A stretch of 64,000 nucleotides of DNA from Euzebyales bacterium. Lineage in GTDB: Bacteria; Actinomycetota; Nitriliruptoria; Euzebyales; JAHELV01. The position numbers were made by a program, and so were the translations under genes. Below are positions 48,879-59,014 of the stretch, one piece after another (the stretch's first letter is position 1; each line of letters begins with the position of its first letter). The notes below the pieces were generated by a model. It was given only the letters and a program-made list of their open reading frames with translations, had not been told where the DNA came from and made no database searches. Where the stretch lies: the NCBI GenBank assembly GCA_035461305.1, contig DATHVN010000036.1:9977-73976 (forward strand), read 5' to 3'.

Positions 48879-51067
48879 TCACACGAATGCGCTCTCGGCA
48901 CCCGAGTCGCGGACGAAGGCGCACGGGGTGTCCGCCGCGTCGATGATGCGTCGCAGCACCGCCAAGTCGATGTCCGGCGGCAACGCGAACATGCTGAGGT
49001 CGGCGAAGGGCGCGATCGGCAGCGCGTCGACGAACCCCGTGTTGATGACGTGCACCCCGGGCGGGCCGGGCAGCCGCGCGAGATCCGCCAGGCCGTGCAG
49101 GTAGCGCTCGGCCTGCTGCAGCTGGTCGGGATCCTCGACGGCGGTCACGAGGTTGAGGTCACCGCCCCAGTTCGCGCGCAGTTTGTAGGCCATCAGGATC
49201 GCCAGGTGGGAATGCTGCAGCTCGGTGGAGACGGTCCAGTCCGGCGCCTGCTCGCGGATCCACAGGTTGATCACGCCGCGCCCACCCAGGCGGCCGGCGT
49301 GCACCGTCGACGTCATCAGGACGCCCAGCTCCTGCTCGCGGGCCTCCTCGAGCACCTGCGCCGCGTGCCGCTCGGCCTCGCCGCTCCCGGGAAACGTCAG
49401 GAACACGATGTTCGAACGGCCGAGGTCGTCCCCGGTGGCGCGCATCGACGCCAGGAAGCCATGCTCGAACGTCTCCTCGTCGATGACCGACCACGTCGTG
49501 CTGATCTCGTCGCTGCGCAGCTTGCGGCTGACCGTGGTCAGCCCGTCCACGAGCGACTGATCGGTGTTGTGGCGCATGCCGACCATCCTGACGCTGCCCT
49601 TGGGGTACGTGACGTCGCGCAGGAACGTGGCCGCCGCCCGGAGCTGGCGGGTGTCCTCGATCGGCACGAGCACCCGTGGACGCCACCCACGCTCGGCCGA
49701 CTGCCGCGACGCGACGGCACGCTCGGACGCCCATGTGGCGATCGCGGCGAACATGTCGCTGCGCACGTCGCTGAACGGGCTGTCGATCCTGCGGCGGAGC
49801 AGGATCACCAGGAACCCGATGACCACCGCGAACGCGATGATCGTGAACACGACGTTGACGACCACCATCGCGACGATACACCCGACCGCGCCGAACAGGG
49901 GCATGACGCGCTGGAAGCGCAGGGTCGGCCGGAAGGTCGGCAGGTCCAGCGTCTCCTCGACCAGCACGACCAGGTTGATCGTCCCGTAGGTGATCAGGAA
50001 GAACAGCGTGATGATCGGCGCCAGCACGTTGAGGTCGCGCAGCAGGATGGCGCCCAAGGCGATGGCGCCGGTCATGATCAGCGCGTTGCGGGGCTCGCCG
50101 CCGGCAGTGCGCTGTGCGAACCAGCCCGACCGCGGCAGCAGGTCAGCGTCGCCCAGCGCCTGCAGGATCCGGGGAGCGCCGACGATGGAGGCCAACCCGG
50201 ACGAGAACGTCGCCCCGAGCAGGCCGGCGACCACACCGGGCGCCCAGGCCGAGCGTTCCAGCACGATCAGGTAGTCCGACACCAGCTCGGCCGGGCTGGC
50301 GGAGCGTGCCAGCCAGTAGGCGACGGCCAGGTAGATCAGCAGCGTCAGCCCGATCGCCGACAGGGTGCCCACCGGGATGCTGCGGCGCGAGTCGCCCAGC
50401 TCGCCGGACATGTTGACGCCGGCCATGATGCCGGTCGTCGCGGGGAAGAAGACGGCGAACACGCCCCAGAAGTCGATCCCCCGGAAGCCGTCCTCCGGCG
50501 CGCCCGGGTAGTCACCCCACAGCTCGGGTGACATCGTCATCGACCCCTGCAGCGCCGCGAGCGCGATGACGACCAGCGACAGCAGCACCATCGCCAGGAC
50601 CGCGTACTGCACGCGGAACGCAGCGCGCGCTGACCGACGCGATCCCGATGAGCAGCGCGAACGTCACGACGTCGACCACCAGCGCGGGGTGGTGGGGGAA
50701 GACGTACTGCCAGCCGCCGCGAAACCCGAACACGTACAGGGCGATCGCCAGCGTCTGTGACAGGTAGAGCGGGACACCGATCGCTCCACCGGCCTCCAGG
50801 CCCAGCGAGCGCGAGATGATCGCGTAGGCTCCTCCGCCGGCGATCGGGGTGTTGGTCGAGATCGATGCGATCGACAGGCCCGTCGCCCCCGTGAATGCCG
50901 TACGCGAGCAGGATGATCCCCACGGCACCGAGCAGTCCGGCGTTGCCGACGACCCAGCCGACCCGCAGGTACAGGATCACACCGAGGATCGTGAGCAGCG
51001 TGGGGACGAAGACGCCCTCGAACGTGCCGTACCGGCGCGGCTCCTGGGTCACCTCGGGGCGGGCCAT
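48879..51067 (-). pseudogene. SLC12/APC-superfamily cation-chloride-cotransporter-like permease, disrupted by 2 frameshifts
   Basis: Three ORFs in three frames tile one ~729-codon gene: 'MARPEVTQEPRRYGTFEGVFVPTLLTILGVILYLRVGWVVGNAG' | 'TGATGLSIASISTNTPIAGGGAYAIISRSLG...' | 'AAFRVQYAVLAMV...FFPATTGIMAGVNMSGEL...GAPRILQALGDADLLP...'. Frame switches fall at about 50893 and 50625. Confidence 0.75.
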
Positions 51068-51125
51068 CGCGCGATCCTAGCCGGACACCCCGACGCCCTC
51101 GCAGAGGCCTCGCGGCGCGGCGACG

Positions 51126-52199
51126 TCACGCCGGGATGAGCTCCTGGGACAGCGCGACCCACCGGTCGAGCACCTCCCGTGCCGCCCCGGTGTCGATGGC
51201 CGTGGCCGCCGCAGGCACGCCGGCGGCGAGATCGTCGACGACGTCGGCGGCGTACAGGGCGGCCGCCGCGGCGAGCACGACGACGTCTCGCGTCGGGCCC
51301 GACTTGCCTTCGAGCACGGCGTCGGCCATCGCGCGGTTCGTCTCGACTCCGCCACCCACCAGGTCCCCGGCGTCCGCGCGGGCGATCCCCAGGTCTGCGG
51401 GGTCGAGCTCGTAGGCCTCGAGCGCACCCCGGCGGACCTCCCAGATCCGCGACGGCCCCGTCGTGGTCAGCTCGTCCAGCCCGTCGTGGCCGTGGAACAC
51501 CAGCGCATGGGTGGTGTCGAGCTCGGCGAGGACCTGTGCCATGCGCTCAGCCATCACCGGATCGCTGACGCCGACCGTCTGGTGCGCCGCGCCCGCCGGG
51601 TTGGCCAGCGGGCCCATGAAGTTGAACACCGTGCGCACGCCGAGCTCACGGCGGGCCGGCATGACGTGGCGCATGGCCGGGTGGTAGGCCTGCGCGAAGC
51701 AGAAGCCGATGCCGATCTCGTCGATGCAGCGCACGACCGCGTCGGGCGGCAGGCTGACCGCGACCCCCCAGGCCTCGAGCAGGTCCGCCGACCCGCACCG
51801 ACCGCTGGCCGCACGGTTGCCGTGCTTGGCGACCCGCGCACCGGCCGCGGCGGCCACCACAGCCGCGACGGTCGAGATGTTGAACGTGCCCGAGCGGTCG
51901 CCGCCGGTGCCACACGTGTCGACGGTCGGACCGTCGACGGGGACGGCGATGGCGAACCGGCGCATGGTGCGCACGAGCCCGGCGATCTCGGCGGCGGTCT
52001 CGCCTTTGGCCCGGAGCGCCACGAGGAAGCCTGCGATCTGCACGGCCGAGGTCGACCCGTCCATGATCGCCGTCATGGCCGCCTCGGCGTCGGCCTGCGA
52101 CAGGTTGGTACCGCGCAGCAGGCGGTCGGTGATGTCCGCCAGGGCCACGGGTGGCGTCGACGTGTCCCCGGGCGCTCCGGTGGCTGCGGCCGCCGTCAC
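51126..52199 (-). CDS. trpD: Anthranilate phosphoribosyltransferase TrpD
   Basis: 'GTGGDRSGTFNISTVAA', 'KHGNRAASG' and 'GPLANPAG'. I propose the GTG start at 52199, which overlaps the upstream stop in a GTGA. The Arg-rich N-terminal extension of the 433-aa track ORF was rejected. Confidence 0.88.
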   Translation of the reverse strand: MTAAAATGAPGDTSTPPVALADITDRLLRGTNLSQADAEAAMTAIMDGSTSAVQIAGFLVALRAKGETAAEIAGLVRTMRRFAIAVPVDGPTVDTCGTGGDRSGTFNISTVAAVVAAAAGARVAKHGNRAASGRCGSADLLEAWGVAVSLPPDAVVRCIDEIGIGFCFAQAYHPAMRHVMPARRELGVRTVFNFMGPLANPAGAAHQTVGVSDPVMAERMAQVLAELDTTHALVFHGHDGLDELTTTGPSRIWEVRRGALEAYELDPADLGIARADAGDLVGGGVETNRAMADAVLEGKSGPTRDVVVLAAAAALYAADVVDDLAAGVPAAATAIDTGAAREVLDRWVALSQELIPA

Positions 52200-52702
52200 G
52201 AGCCGCCGCCCTGACGGTGGGCCGGAAGCTCGGCGCGGGTGCCACCCAGCGTGGTCCGGTCCGCGGTCACGCCGCCGCCGGGCCCGAGCCGCGGCGCGTG
52301 ACCGAGCACGCCGACGCCGGGGAGGGCGGGGACGTTTGCACCGCTGGCGACGGCGGCGAGCACGTCCGCGAGATCGAACGGATCCACGGGCTTGACGATC
52401 CACGCGTCGGCCTGCACCCAGCGGCACAGGTACTCGTCCTGCGGCCTGGCGATCATCAACACGACCGGCGGGACCTCCTGCCCGTCGGTCATCCTGGCCC
52501 GCACCTCGCGGACGAGGTAGAAGCCTCCGGTCGGGTGCGTGTCCGCGTCTCCCAGGATCACGTCGAACGTGTGCTCGCCCTCGTCGAGCACGGCCAGGCC
52601 GCGTTGGGGCGTCCGCACCTCGACCACCTCGGCATCGACAGGCAGCGCCGTCGTGACCTGTCGCGTCAGCGACGGACCGCCCGAGACCAGCAGGATCTTC
52701 AC
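52196..52702 (-). CDS. Stand-alone receiver (REC)-like domain protein with degenerate phospho-acceptor pocket
   Basis: 168 aa with 'MKILLVSGG' (the usual DD pair is absent), 'FDVILGDADTHPTGGF', 'PVVLMIAR' and 'WIVKPVDPFDL' (conserved K-P), followed by a low-complexity Gly/Pro tail. Confidence 0.6.
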   Translation of the reverse strand: MKILLVSGGPSLTRQVTTALPVDAEVVEVRTPQRGLAVLDEGEHTFDVILGDADTHPTGGFYLVREVRARMTDGQEVPPVVLMIARPQDEYLCRWVQADAWIVKPVDPFDLADVLAAVASGANVPALPGVGVLGHAPRLGPGGGVTADRTTLGGTRAELPAHRQGGGS

Positions 52703-52874
52703 ACCCGACTCCCTACGTCATGCTCACGTGTCGGACGAAGGTCGCGCCCAAGCCCCCACCTGACGGCGGGTGCGTGCGGGGGGCCACGGTGACCATGGTG
52801 GCATCCGCGCGACGCGTCGCCGCGCATCATGGCACACCCGCCGGCCTGGCGCCCTCGACAGGTGTGCACGCCCC

Positions 52875-53878
52875 TCATTGGCCGTGCCCACCGTCGGTCC
52901 CATGGTCGTCGTCACCGGTCGACGCGGGATGCACGCGACGGAACGGCGTGCGCCGCGCCTGCTCGATCGGAACCGCGTCCGACCTGCACAGGCGGACCAG
53001 GGTCACGAGCAGCAGCCCTCCGACGGTGTTGCCGAGCATCGACCAGACCGTCACCGCCACGTAGTCGAGGTAGCCGAACGATGCACCGGCGTGCAAGGCG
53101 GCGAACATCTCCAGCGAGCTGACGATCACGTGGTTCAACGGGACGGCGGCGAGCACGAACGACGCGGCGATGGCCGCCACCACCCGTGGGCCCTGCGTGT
53201 CGCAGTTGCGCTCCATCCAGGTCATGACCGTGATGACGGCGCCGCCGAGGATCGCGAGTGCGAACGCCTGCCAGGACACGCCCATGTCCGGGTAGAGCTC
53301 GGCGATCCCGATCGCCGTCGGTGCAAGGTCGGGCATCGAGGTGATGAACAGCCCATGACCAGCCAGCCGCCGACCAGGTTCATGGCGCCCGTGCCGATCC
53401 ACAGCCGGGCGAGCTCACGCACGCGGGCCTGGTGCGCGATGATCGCGGTGACCGGCACCAGGAAGTTCTCCGTGAACAGCTCGCCGCGGGCGAGCGTCAG
53501 CGCGATGAAGCCGATCGTGAACGCGAGCGCGGCGAGCAGGGTGCTGCCGGTCTCGTGCTCGACCACGATCAGGGCGATGACCCCGATCGACAGGTCGATG
53601 CCGCCGACGAGCCCGGTCGCCAGCAGCGTCGGCAGGCTGCGGCGCAGCCGCAGAGTGCCCTCCTCCACCGCGGCCTGGAACGTGCCCTCCAGCTCGGGGT
53701 CGTGCTCGGCGACCGGCCGGCCCTCTCCCGTGGCCCGTTCGATGTCGACCTCGGCGTCCGTGTGCGAGCGGAAGTCGTGCGACTGACCTTCACCCGCAGC
53801 GAACCGCGTGTCGGCCGCGGCCGCGGCCACCTCACCGAGCTCGGTCCGCGCGCCGGCCTCCTCGGTGTCATCGGTCAT
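52875..53878 (-). pseudogene. Formate/nitrite transporter (FNT) family channel, one frameshift
   Basis: The N-terminal part '...LARGELFTENFLVPVTAII...NLVGGWLVMG' (ORF 53222-53878) and the C-terminal part 'LFITSMPDLAP...LNHVIVSSLEMF...LGNTVGGLLLV' (ORF 52875-53402) are in different frames. The junction is at about 53350. Confidence 0.7.
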
Positions 53879-53903
53879 GCCGCTGCGGTCGCGGTGCGAT
53901 CGC

Positions 53904-54941
53904 TCAGTTCACCATCCAGCTGTCGGGTCCGGCCAGCAGCGCTGCCAGGTCGCCGGCGCCACGGCGCGCGATCGCAGTGTCGACCTGGGCGCTGAGCTCG
54001 GTACCGTAGACGGGCCGCTCGACCTGGCGGAACAGCCCGATCGGCGTCGAGCCCACCGGCGTGTGGGACAGCCGCGACAGCATGAACGCCAGTCCCGGGT
54101 CGTCGCGGTGCGCGTCGTGGACCAGCAGCGCGTCCTCGCCAACGCGATCCACCTCGACGATCTCGAGCTCCCCGGTGCGCCGCAGCGCGACCCCGAGTTC
54201 GTCGTCAGCGCCGAAGCGGATCGGCCGGCCGTGCTCAAGCCGGATCTGCTGGGGACGGTTCTTCCGGACGGCGTCGAACGCTCCGTCGTTGAAGATGTTG
54301 CAGTTCTGGTAGATCTCGATGAACGCGGTGCCCTCGTGGCTCGCCGCACGTGTGAGCATGTCGGTGAGGTGCTGGCGCTCGTTGTCGATCGATCGCGCGA
54401 CGAACGTCGCCTCAGCGCCGAGCGCCACGCTGACCGGGTTGAACGGGTGGTCCAGCGACCCCATCGGCGTGGACTTCGTGATCTTGCCGACCTCGCTGGT
54501 CGGCGAGTACTGGCCCTTCGTGAGCCCGTAGATCTGGTTGTTGAACAACAGGATCGTCAGGTTGGCGTTGCGGCGCATCGCGTGGATGAGGTGGTTGCCG
54601 CCGATCGACAAGGCGTCCCCGTCACCGGTGACCACGAAGACCTTCAGGTCCGGGCGCGTGGCGCTGATGCCGGTGGCGATTGCGGGCGCCCGCCCGTGGA
54701 TCGAGTGGAAGCCGTAGGTCTCCATGTAGTACGGGAAACGCGCCGCACACCCGATGCCCGACACGAACACAATCTTCTCGCGCGGGATGCCCAGCGTCGG
54801 CATCACGCCCTGCACGTTGGCCAGGATCGCGTAGTCCCCGCACCCGGGGCACCAGCGCACCTCCTGGTCGCTGGAGAAGTCCTTCTTGGTCAGCGGCAAC
54901 GGGGCGCTGGCTGCGTCGTTGCGGATGGCGGTGTCGGTCAC
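53904..54941 (-). CDS. korB: 2-oxoglutarate:ferredoxin oxidoreductase beta subunit (KorB)
   Basis: 'RWCPGCGDY', the TPP motif 'VVTGDGDALSIGGNH' and 'NNQIYGLTKGQ'. The GTG start overlaps the korA stop (GTGA). Confidence 0.9.
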   Translation of the reverse strand: MTDTAIRNDAASAPLPLTKKDFSSDQEVRWCPGCGDYAILANVQGVMPTLGIPREKIVFVSGIGCAARFPYYMETYGFHSIHGRAPAIATGISATRPDLKVFVVTGDGDALSIGGNHLIHAMRRNANLTILLFNNQIYGLTKGQYSPTSEVGKITKSTPMGSLDHPFNPVSVALGAEATFVARSIDNERQHLTDMLTRAASHEGTAFIEIYQNCNIFNDGAFDAVRKNRPQQIRLEHGRPIRFGADDELGVALRRTGELEIVEVDRVGEDALLVHDAHRDDPGLAFMLSRLSHTPVGSTPIGLFRQVERPVYGTELSAQVDTAIARRGAGDLAALLAGPDSWMVN

Positions 54942-56794
54942 GACAGACCCTTCAGCTGATGGGAGATGGCGTCGACGAGCTCGGCCGTCGTGAACGGCAG
55001 GCCACTGACACGGTGGTAGCCCTGCACGTCGACGAGGTACTCGGCACGCAGCAGGCGCTGGAGCTGGCCACTGTTCATCTCGGGCACGAGCACGCGATCG
55101 TAGCTGCCAAGCACCTTCCCGAGGTTCGTCGGGAACGGGTTGAGGTGGCGCAGGTGGGCCACGGCCACGGGCAGCCCGTCGGCGCGTGCGCGCCGCACCG
55201 CGGCGCGGATCGGTCCGTAGGTCGACCCCCAGCCGAGGACGAGCAGGCGGGCGCCGTCGACGTGGTCGACCTCGAGCGCCGGGATCGTCTCGGCGACGCG
55301 GGCGACCTTGGCGGCGCGCAGCTCGGTCATGCGGTGGTGGTTGTCGGGGTCGTAGCTAATGTTGCCGGTCCCGTCGGCCTTCTCCAGTCCGCCGATCCGG
55401 TGCTCAAGGCCCGGGGTACCGGGGATCGCCCACGGCCGCGCGAGGGTCTCGGCATCGCGCTGGAACGGCCAGAACTCACCGTCGTGGTTGGGACCGTCGG
55501 CGAACTGCACCGCAGGCGACAGGTCCGGCAGCTCGTCGACGGCCGGGACGCGCCACGGCTCGGCGCCATTGGCCAGGTATCCGTCGGACAGCACGAACAC
55601 GGGTGTTCGGTAGGTCACCGCGATGCGGGCCGCCTCGATGGCCGCGTAGAAGCAGTCGCCCGGCGTCGACGCCGCGATGATCGGCACGGGCGCCTCGCCG
55701 TTGCGCCCGTACATCGCCTGCAGGAGATCGGACTGCTCGGTCTTGGTCGGCAGGCCCGTCGACGGCCCGCCGCGCTGGATGTTGAGGACGAGCAGTGGCA
55801 GCTCCACGCTGACCGCCAGGCCGATGGTCTCGGCCTTGAGGGCCACACCCGGCCCGGACGTGACCGTCGCGGCCAGACTGCCGGCGAACGCGGCACCCAG
55901 CGCCGCACCGACGCCGGCGATCTCGTCCTCGGCCTGGAAGGTGCGGATGCCGAAGTGCTTGAGCCGCGCGAGCTCGTGCAGCACGTCGCTGGCCGGGGTG
56001 ATCGGGTAGCCACCGAGGAACAGGGGCAGGCCGCTCCGCTCGGCTGCGGCGACCAGGCCGTAGGCGATCGCGGTGTTGCCGGTGATCTGACGGTACCGCC
56101 CGGGCGGCAGCTCCGCGGGCGCCACTTCGTAGCTGTGCGCGAACAGCTCGGTCGTCTCACCGAAGGCGAAGCCGGCGTTGAACGCGGTGATGTTGGCCTC
56201 GGCGAGCTCCGGCTGGGCGCCGAACCTGGCACGTACCCACTCGATGGTCGGCTCGGTCGGTCGGCTGAACATCCACGACATCAGCCCGAGCGCGAACATG
56301 TTCTTGGCGCGCTCCTTCTCCTTCTTGTTCAGTCCGGTGTCGTCGAGCGCACCGACCGTCAACGTCGACAGGGGCACACCGACCACGTTGAACGCCGACA
56401 GCGACGCGTCGTCGAGGGGGTTGGTGTCGTACCGGGCCTTGCGCAGGTTGCCCGCCGAGAAGGCGTCGCTGTTGACGATGATCGTGGCGCCCGGCTCCAG
56501 GTCCTCGACGTTGGTTCTGAGGGCGGCGGGGTTCATCGCGACCAGCACGTCCGGAGCGTCGCCAGGGGTGAGGATGTCGTGGTCGGCGAAGTGGAGCTGG
56601 AACCCCGAGACGCCCGGCAGCGAGCCGGCCGGAGCGCGGATCTCGGCCGGGAAGTCGGGCAGCGTCGCGACGTCGTTGCCGAGCAGGGCGCTGACCGAGG
56701 TGAAGCGGTTGCCGGTCAGCTGCATGCCGTCACCGGAGTCGCCCGCGAAGCGGATGGTGACGGTGTCGCGCTGCTCGACCGTCTTGGTGGTCAT
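54938..56794 (-). CDS. korA: 2-oxoglutarate:ferredoxin oxidoreductase alpha subunit (KorA)
   Basis: 'IRFAGDSGDGMQLTG', 'GYPITPASD' and 'PSTGLPTKTEQSDL'. Start set to the ATG at 56794 because GAGGA lies about 8 nt upstream; the ATG at 56803 is the alternative. Confidence 0.9.
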   Translation of the reverse strand: MTTKTVEQRDTVTIRFAGDSGDGMQLTGNRFTSVSALLGNDVATLPDFPAEIRAPAGSLPGVSGFQLHFADHDILTPGDAPDVLVAMNPAALRTNVEDLEPGATIIVNSDAFSAGNLRKARYDTNPLDDASLSAFNVVGVPLSTLTVGALDDTGLNKKEKERAKNMFALGLMSWMFSRPTEPTIEWVRARFGAQPELAEANITAFNAGFAFGETTELFAHSYEVAPAELPPGRYRQITGNTAIAYGLVAAAERSGLPLFLGGYPITPASDVLHELARLKHFGIRTFQAEDEIAGVGAALGAAFAGSLAATVTSGPGVALKAETIGLAVSVELPLLVLNIQRGGPSTGLPTKTEQSDLLQAMYGRNGEAPVPIIAASTPGDCFYAAIEAARIAVTYRTPVFVLSDGYLANGAEPWRVPAVDELPDLSPAVQFADGPNHDGEFWPFQRDAETLARPWAIPGTPGLEHRIGGLEKADGTGNISYDPDNHHRMTELRAAKVARVAETIPALEVDHVDGARLLVLGWGSTYGPIRAAVRRARADGLPVAVAHLRHLNPFPTNLGKVLGSYDRVLVPEMNSGQLQRLLRAEYLVDVQGYHRVSGLPFTTAELVDAISHQLKGLS

Positions 56795-56919
56795 GGAAAG
56801 CATCCTCGTTGGAGGTCACTGTGCGGAACGGTCACCATAGTAGTGAACCGCCACGGAAAGCCGTGCGTGCCCGCCGTGCCGGTGTGGGCCGCATCCGACG
56901 GAGAACGGACATCACGGGC

Positions 56920-57144
56920 ATGGAGGTCTCCACCACGGTCGACGCCCGCGGCACGCGGTGTCCACGCCCGATCATCGAGCTGGCACAGGCGATCGACGAC
57001 GGCATCGCGGATCTGGTCGTGCTGCTCGCCGACGATCCGAACGCACGGGTGGACGTACCGGTGTGGTGCCGGCTCAACCGCCACCAGCTGCTCGAAGCGG
57101 TCGACGACGGCGGCACCTGGCGCTTCACCGTCAGGATCCGATGA
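56920..57144 (+). CDS. TusA/SirA-family sulfurtransferase-like small protein
   Basis: 74 aa beginning at the internal ATG 56920, with the family signature 'DARGTRCPRPIIEL'. Confidence 0.62.
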   Translation: MEVSTTVDARGTRCPRPIIELAQAIDDGIADLVVLLADDPNARVDVPVWCRLNRHQLLEAVDDGGTWRFTVRIR

Positions 57145-57236
57145 CTGCGACGCCGACCGTCGCGCGTCGGACCCGACCGACGGGTCACTCCGGCCGCCGA
57201 CGCGCGTCCGGCCATCGCGCCGGCGATGCCCGCGTG

Positions 57237-57602
57237 CTAGTGGAAGCTGTCCCCGCAGGCGCACGTGCTCTGCGCATTGGGGTTGTCGATGGAGAAGCCG
57301 GCCCCCTGGAGGCTGTCGACCCAGTCGATCGTGGTGTTGCGCAGGTACGGCGCCGACATCTTGTCGATGCGGACCGGCACGCCGTGCGCGTCGTCGATCC
57401 GGTCACCGTCGAGCTGCCGATCGTCGAAGAACAGCGCGTAGCGCATGCCCGAGCAGCCACCCGGCTGCACTGCGACCCGCAACGCGATGGTCTCCGGCGA
57501 CTCCTCGCGGTCCATCAGCTCGCGGACCTTGGTCGCCGCACCCTCGGTGAGGGTGATGACCTGGTCCTGCACGCTGGTCGGTGTGGCGGTTGCGTCGCTC
57601 AT
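57237..57602 (-). CDS. erpA: HesB/IscA-family iron-sulfur cluster insertion protein (ErpA-like)
   Basis: 121 aa with 'LRVAVQPGGCSGMRY' and the C-terminal 'CACGDSFH'. Confidence 0.88.
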   Translation of the reverse strand: MSDATATPTSVQDQVITLTEGAATKVRELMDREESPETIALRVAVQPGGCSGMRYALFFDDRQLDGDRIDDAHGVPVRIDKMSAPYLRNTTIDWVDSLQGAGFSIDNPNAQSTCACGDSFH

Positions 57603-57714
57603 CAGCTGGTACGACCTTTCGGTCCCACGGGGTCATGGCGGTGTCTGTGTCCGCTGACCTCCACTCTAGCGGGCACCCGGCGGATGAGCGCGACCGTCCC
57701 GGCGCCGCGGCGGC

Positions 57715-58239
57715 TCAGACTGCGAGCGCCACGGGAACGGTGTGCACACGCGAGGGCAGCGGCGCCGTGAACTCGTGGGCCATCCCTTCCCGGCGCGCCG
57801 CGCCGTTGGGCAGCACCGACCACAGCAGACGTGACGCCGCGCGGTTGCCGACCATGACGTAGGCCCGCAGCCACGCGTAGCCGAGGTCGACTGCGCGGTG
57901 GCGAAGCGCCGTCAGCAGCCGCCGGCCGACGCCGTGGCCGTGCCAGGCGTCGACGACCGAGAACGCGACCTCGGCGGTGGTCTCGTCGATGGCGATCAGG
58001 TGGCCGATGCCGATCGGGACGACGGCGTCGCCCTCGACGGCCTCCGCGACCAGCGCGACGTGCCGCCGCCCGTCGACGTCGGTCAGCATGCGCCGCATCG
58101 CCTCGGTCAGCCGTGGCCGGGGTCCGTGGAAACGCAGGTGCCGGCTGTGCGAGGACATGCCGTCGAACACCGTGTCGACCGGGCCGGCCTCGCCGTGCCG
58201 CAGCGGCCGGAGGCGGATGGCGGTGGTCGTGGCGGTCAT
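57715..58239 (-). CDS. GNAT-family N-acetyltransferase
   Basis: 174 aa from the ATG at 58239 (GAGGAG upstream), with an acetyl-CoA-binding-type motif 'VDAWHGHGVGRRLL'. Confidence 0.68.
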   Translation of the reverse strand: MTATTTAIRLRPLRHGEAGPVDTVFDGMSSHSRHLRFHGPRPRLTEAMRRMLTDVDGRRHVALVAEAVEGDAVVPIGIGHLIAIDETTAEVAFSVVDAWHGHGVGRRLLTALRHRAVDLGYAWLRAYVMVGNRAASRLLWSVLPNGAARREGMAHEFTAPLPSRVHTVPVALAV

Positions 58240-58428
58240 GGCGGTCTCCTCTGTGCCCTTGGCAGGTCCGGTCGTCCGGTGTGACCCGCACCATCGCGCG
58301 TGGGTCCCACAGCGACCTCGGCAGCACCTGCCCACATGTGGCGTGCGGGTGCCCATGCCGCCGGACGCCCCGTCCGAGGCCCGACCGTCCGCGTCTGATA
58401 CGTGCCGGGGAGCTACGCTTGCCGGCCG

Positions 58429-58902
58429 ATGGACCTCCACCGCAACTCCGTGCGCGTGATCGACGCGGCGGCCCGGCAAGGCCTCACGCTGACCGTCCGC
58501 CACTTCGCGCAGGGCACCAGGACAGCTCAGGACGCCGCCGACGCGATCGGCTGCACGGTCGGCGCGATCGTCAAGTCACTGGTGCTCGACTCCGACGCGG
58601 GTCCGTTCATGGTGCTGACCAGCGGCGACAACCGCGTCAGCTACAGCAAGGTCGAGGCGGCCACGGGTCGCGCCGGCGTGCGGCGGTGCGATGCCGACAC
58701 CGTGCGCGCTGCGACCTCGTACCCGGTCGGCGGCGTGGCACCATTCGGCCATCCGGAGCCGCTGCCCACGTTCATCGACCGTGACCTCCTCGCCTTCGAC
58801 GAGGTCTGGGCCGCCGCCGGCACCCCGCACGCGGTGTTCCCGATCGCTCCCGAGGCCCTGATCGCGGCAACGGGGGCGACGCCAGCCGACATCGCCGCGT
58901 AG
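58429..58902 (+). CDS. YbaK/EbsC/ProX-family aminoacyl-tRNA deacylase domain protein
   Basis: 'GAIVKSLVL', 'YPVGGVAPFGH' and 'VWAAAGTPHAVF'. Start chosen at the ATG 58429. Confidence 0.72.
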   Translation: MDLHRNSVRVIDAAARQGLTLTVRHFAQGTRTAQDAADAIGCTVGAIVKSLVLDSDAGPFMVLTSGDNRVSYSKVEAATGRAGVRRCDADTVRAATSYPVGGVAPFGHPEPLPTFIDRDLLAFDEVWAAAGTPHAVFPIAPEALIAATGATPADIAA

Positions 58903-58936
58903 TCCCACGCGCCGAGCGTGGCAGTGAAGGCCGTGT

Positions 58937-59005
58937 CACCGGCACCAGCTGTCACCCACCCCGCAGCGTGGCACCCAACACCGGCACACCGGCACCAGCT
59001 GCCAC
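58937..59005. repeat. Pair of 19-nt direct repeats in the convergent ybaK/glxK spacer
   Basis: caccggcaccagctgtcac (58937-58955) and caccggcaccagctgccac (58987-59005) match at 18/19 positions, are spaced 50 nt apart, and each contains the palindrome cagctg. Confidence 0.6.
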
Positions 59006-59014
59006 ACACGGTAG

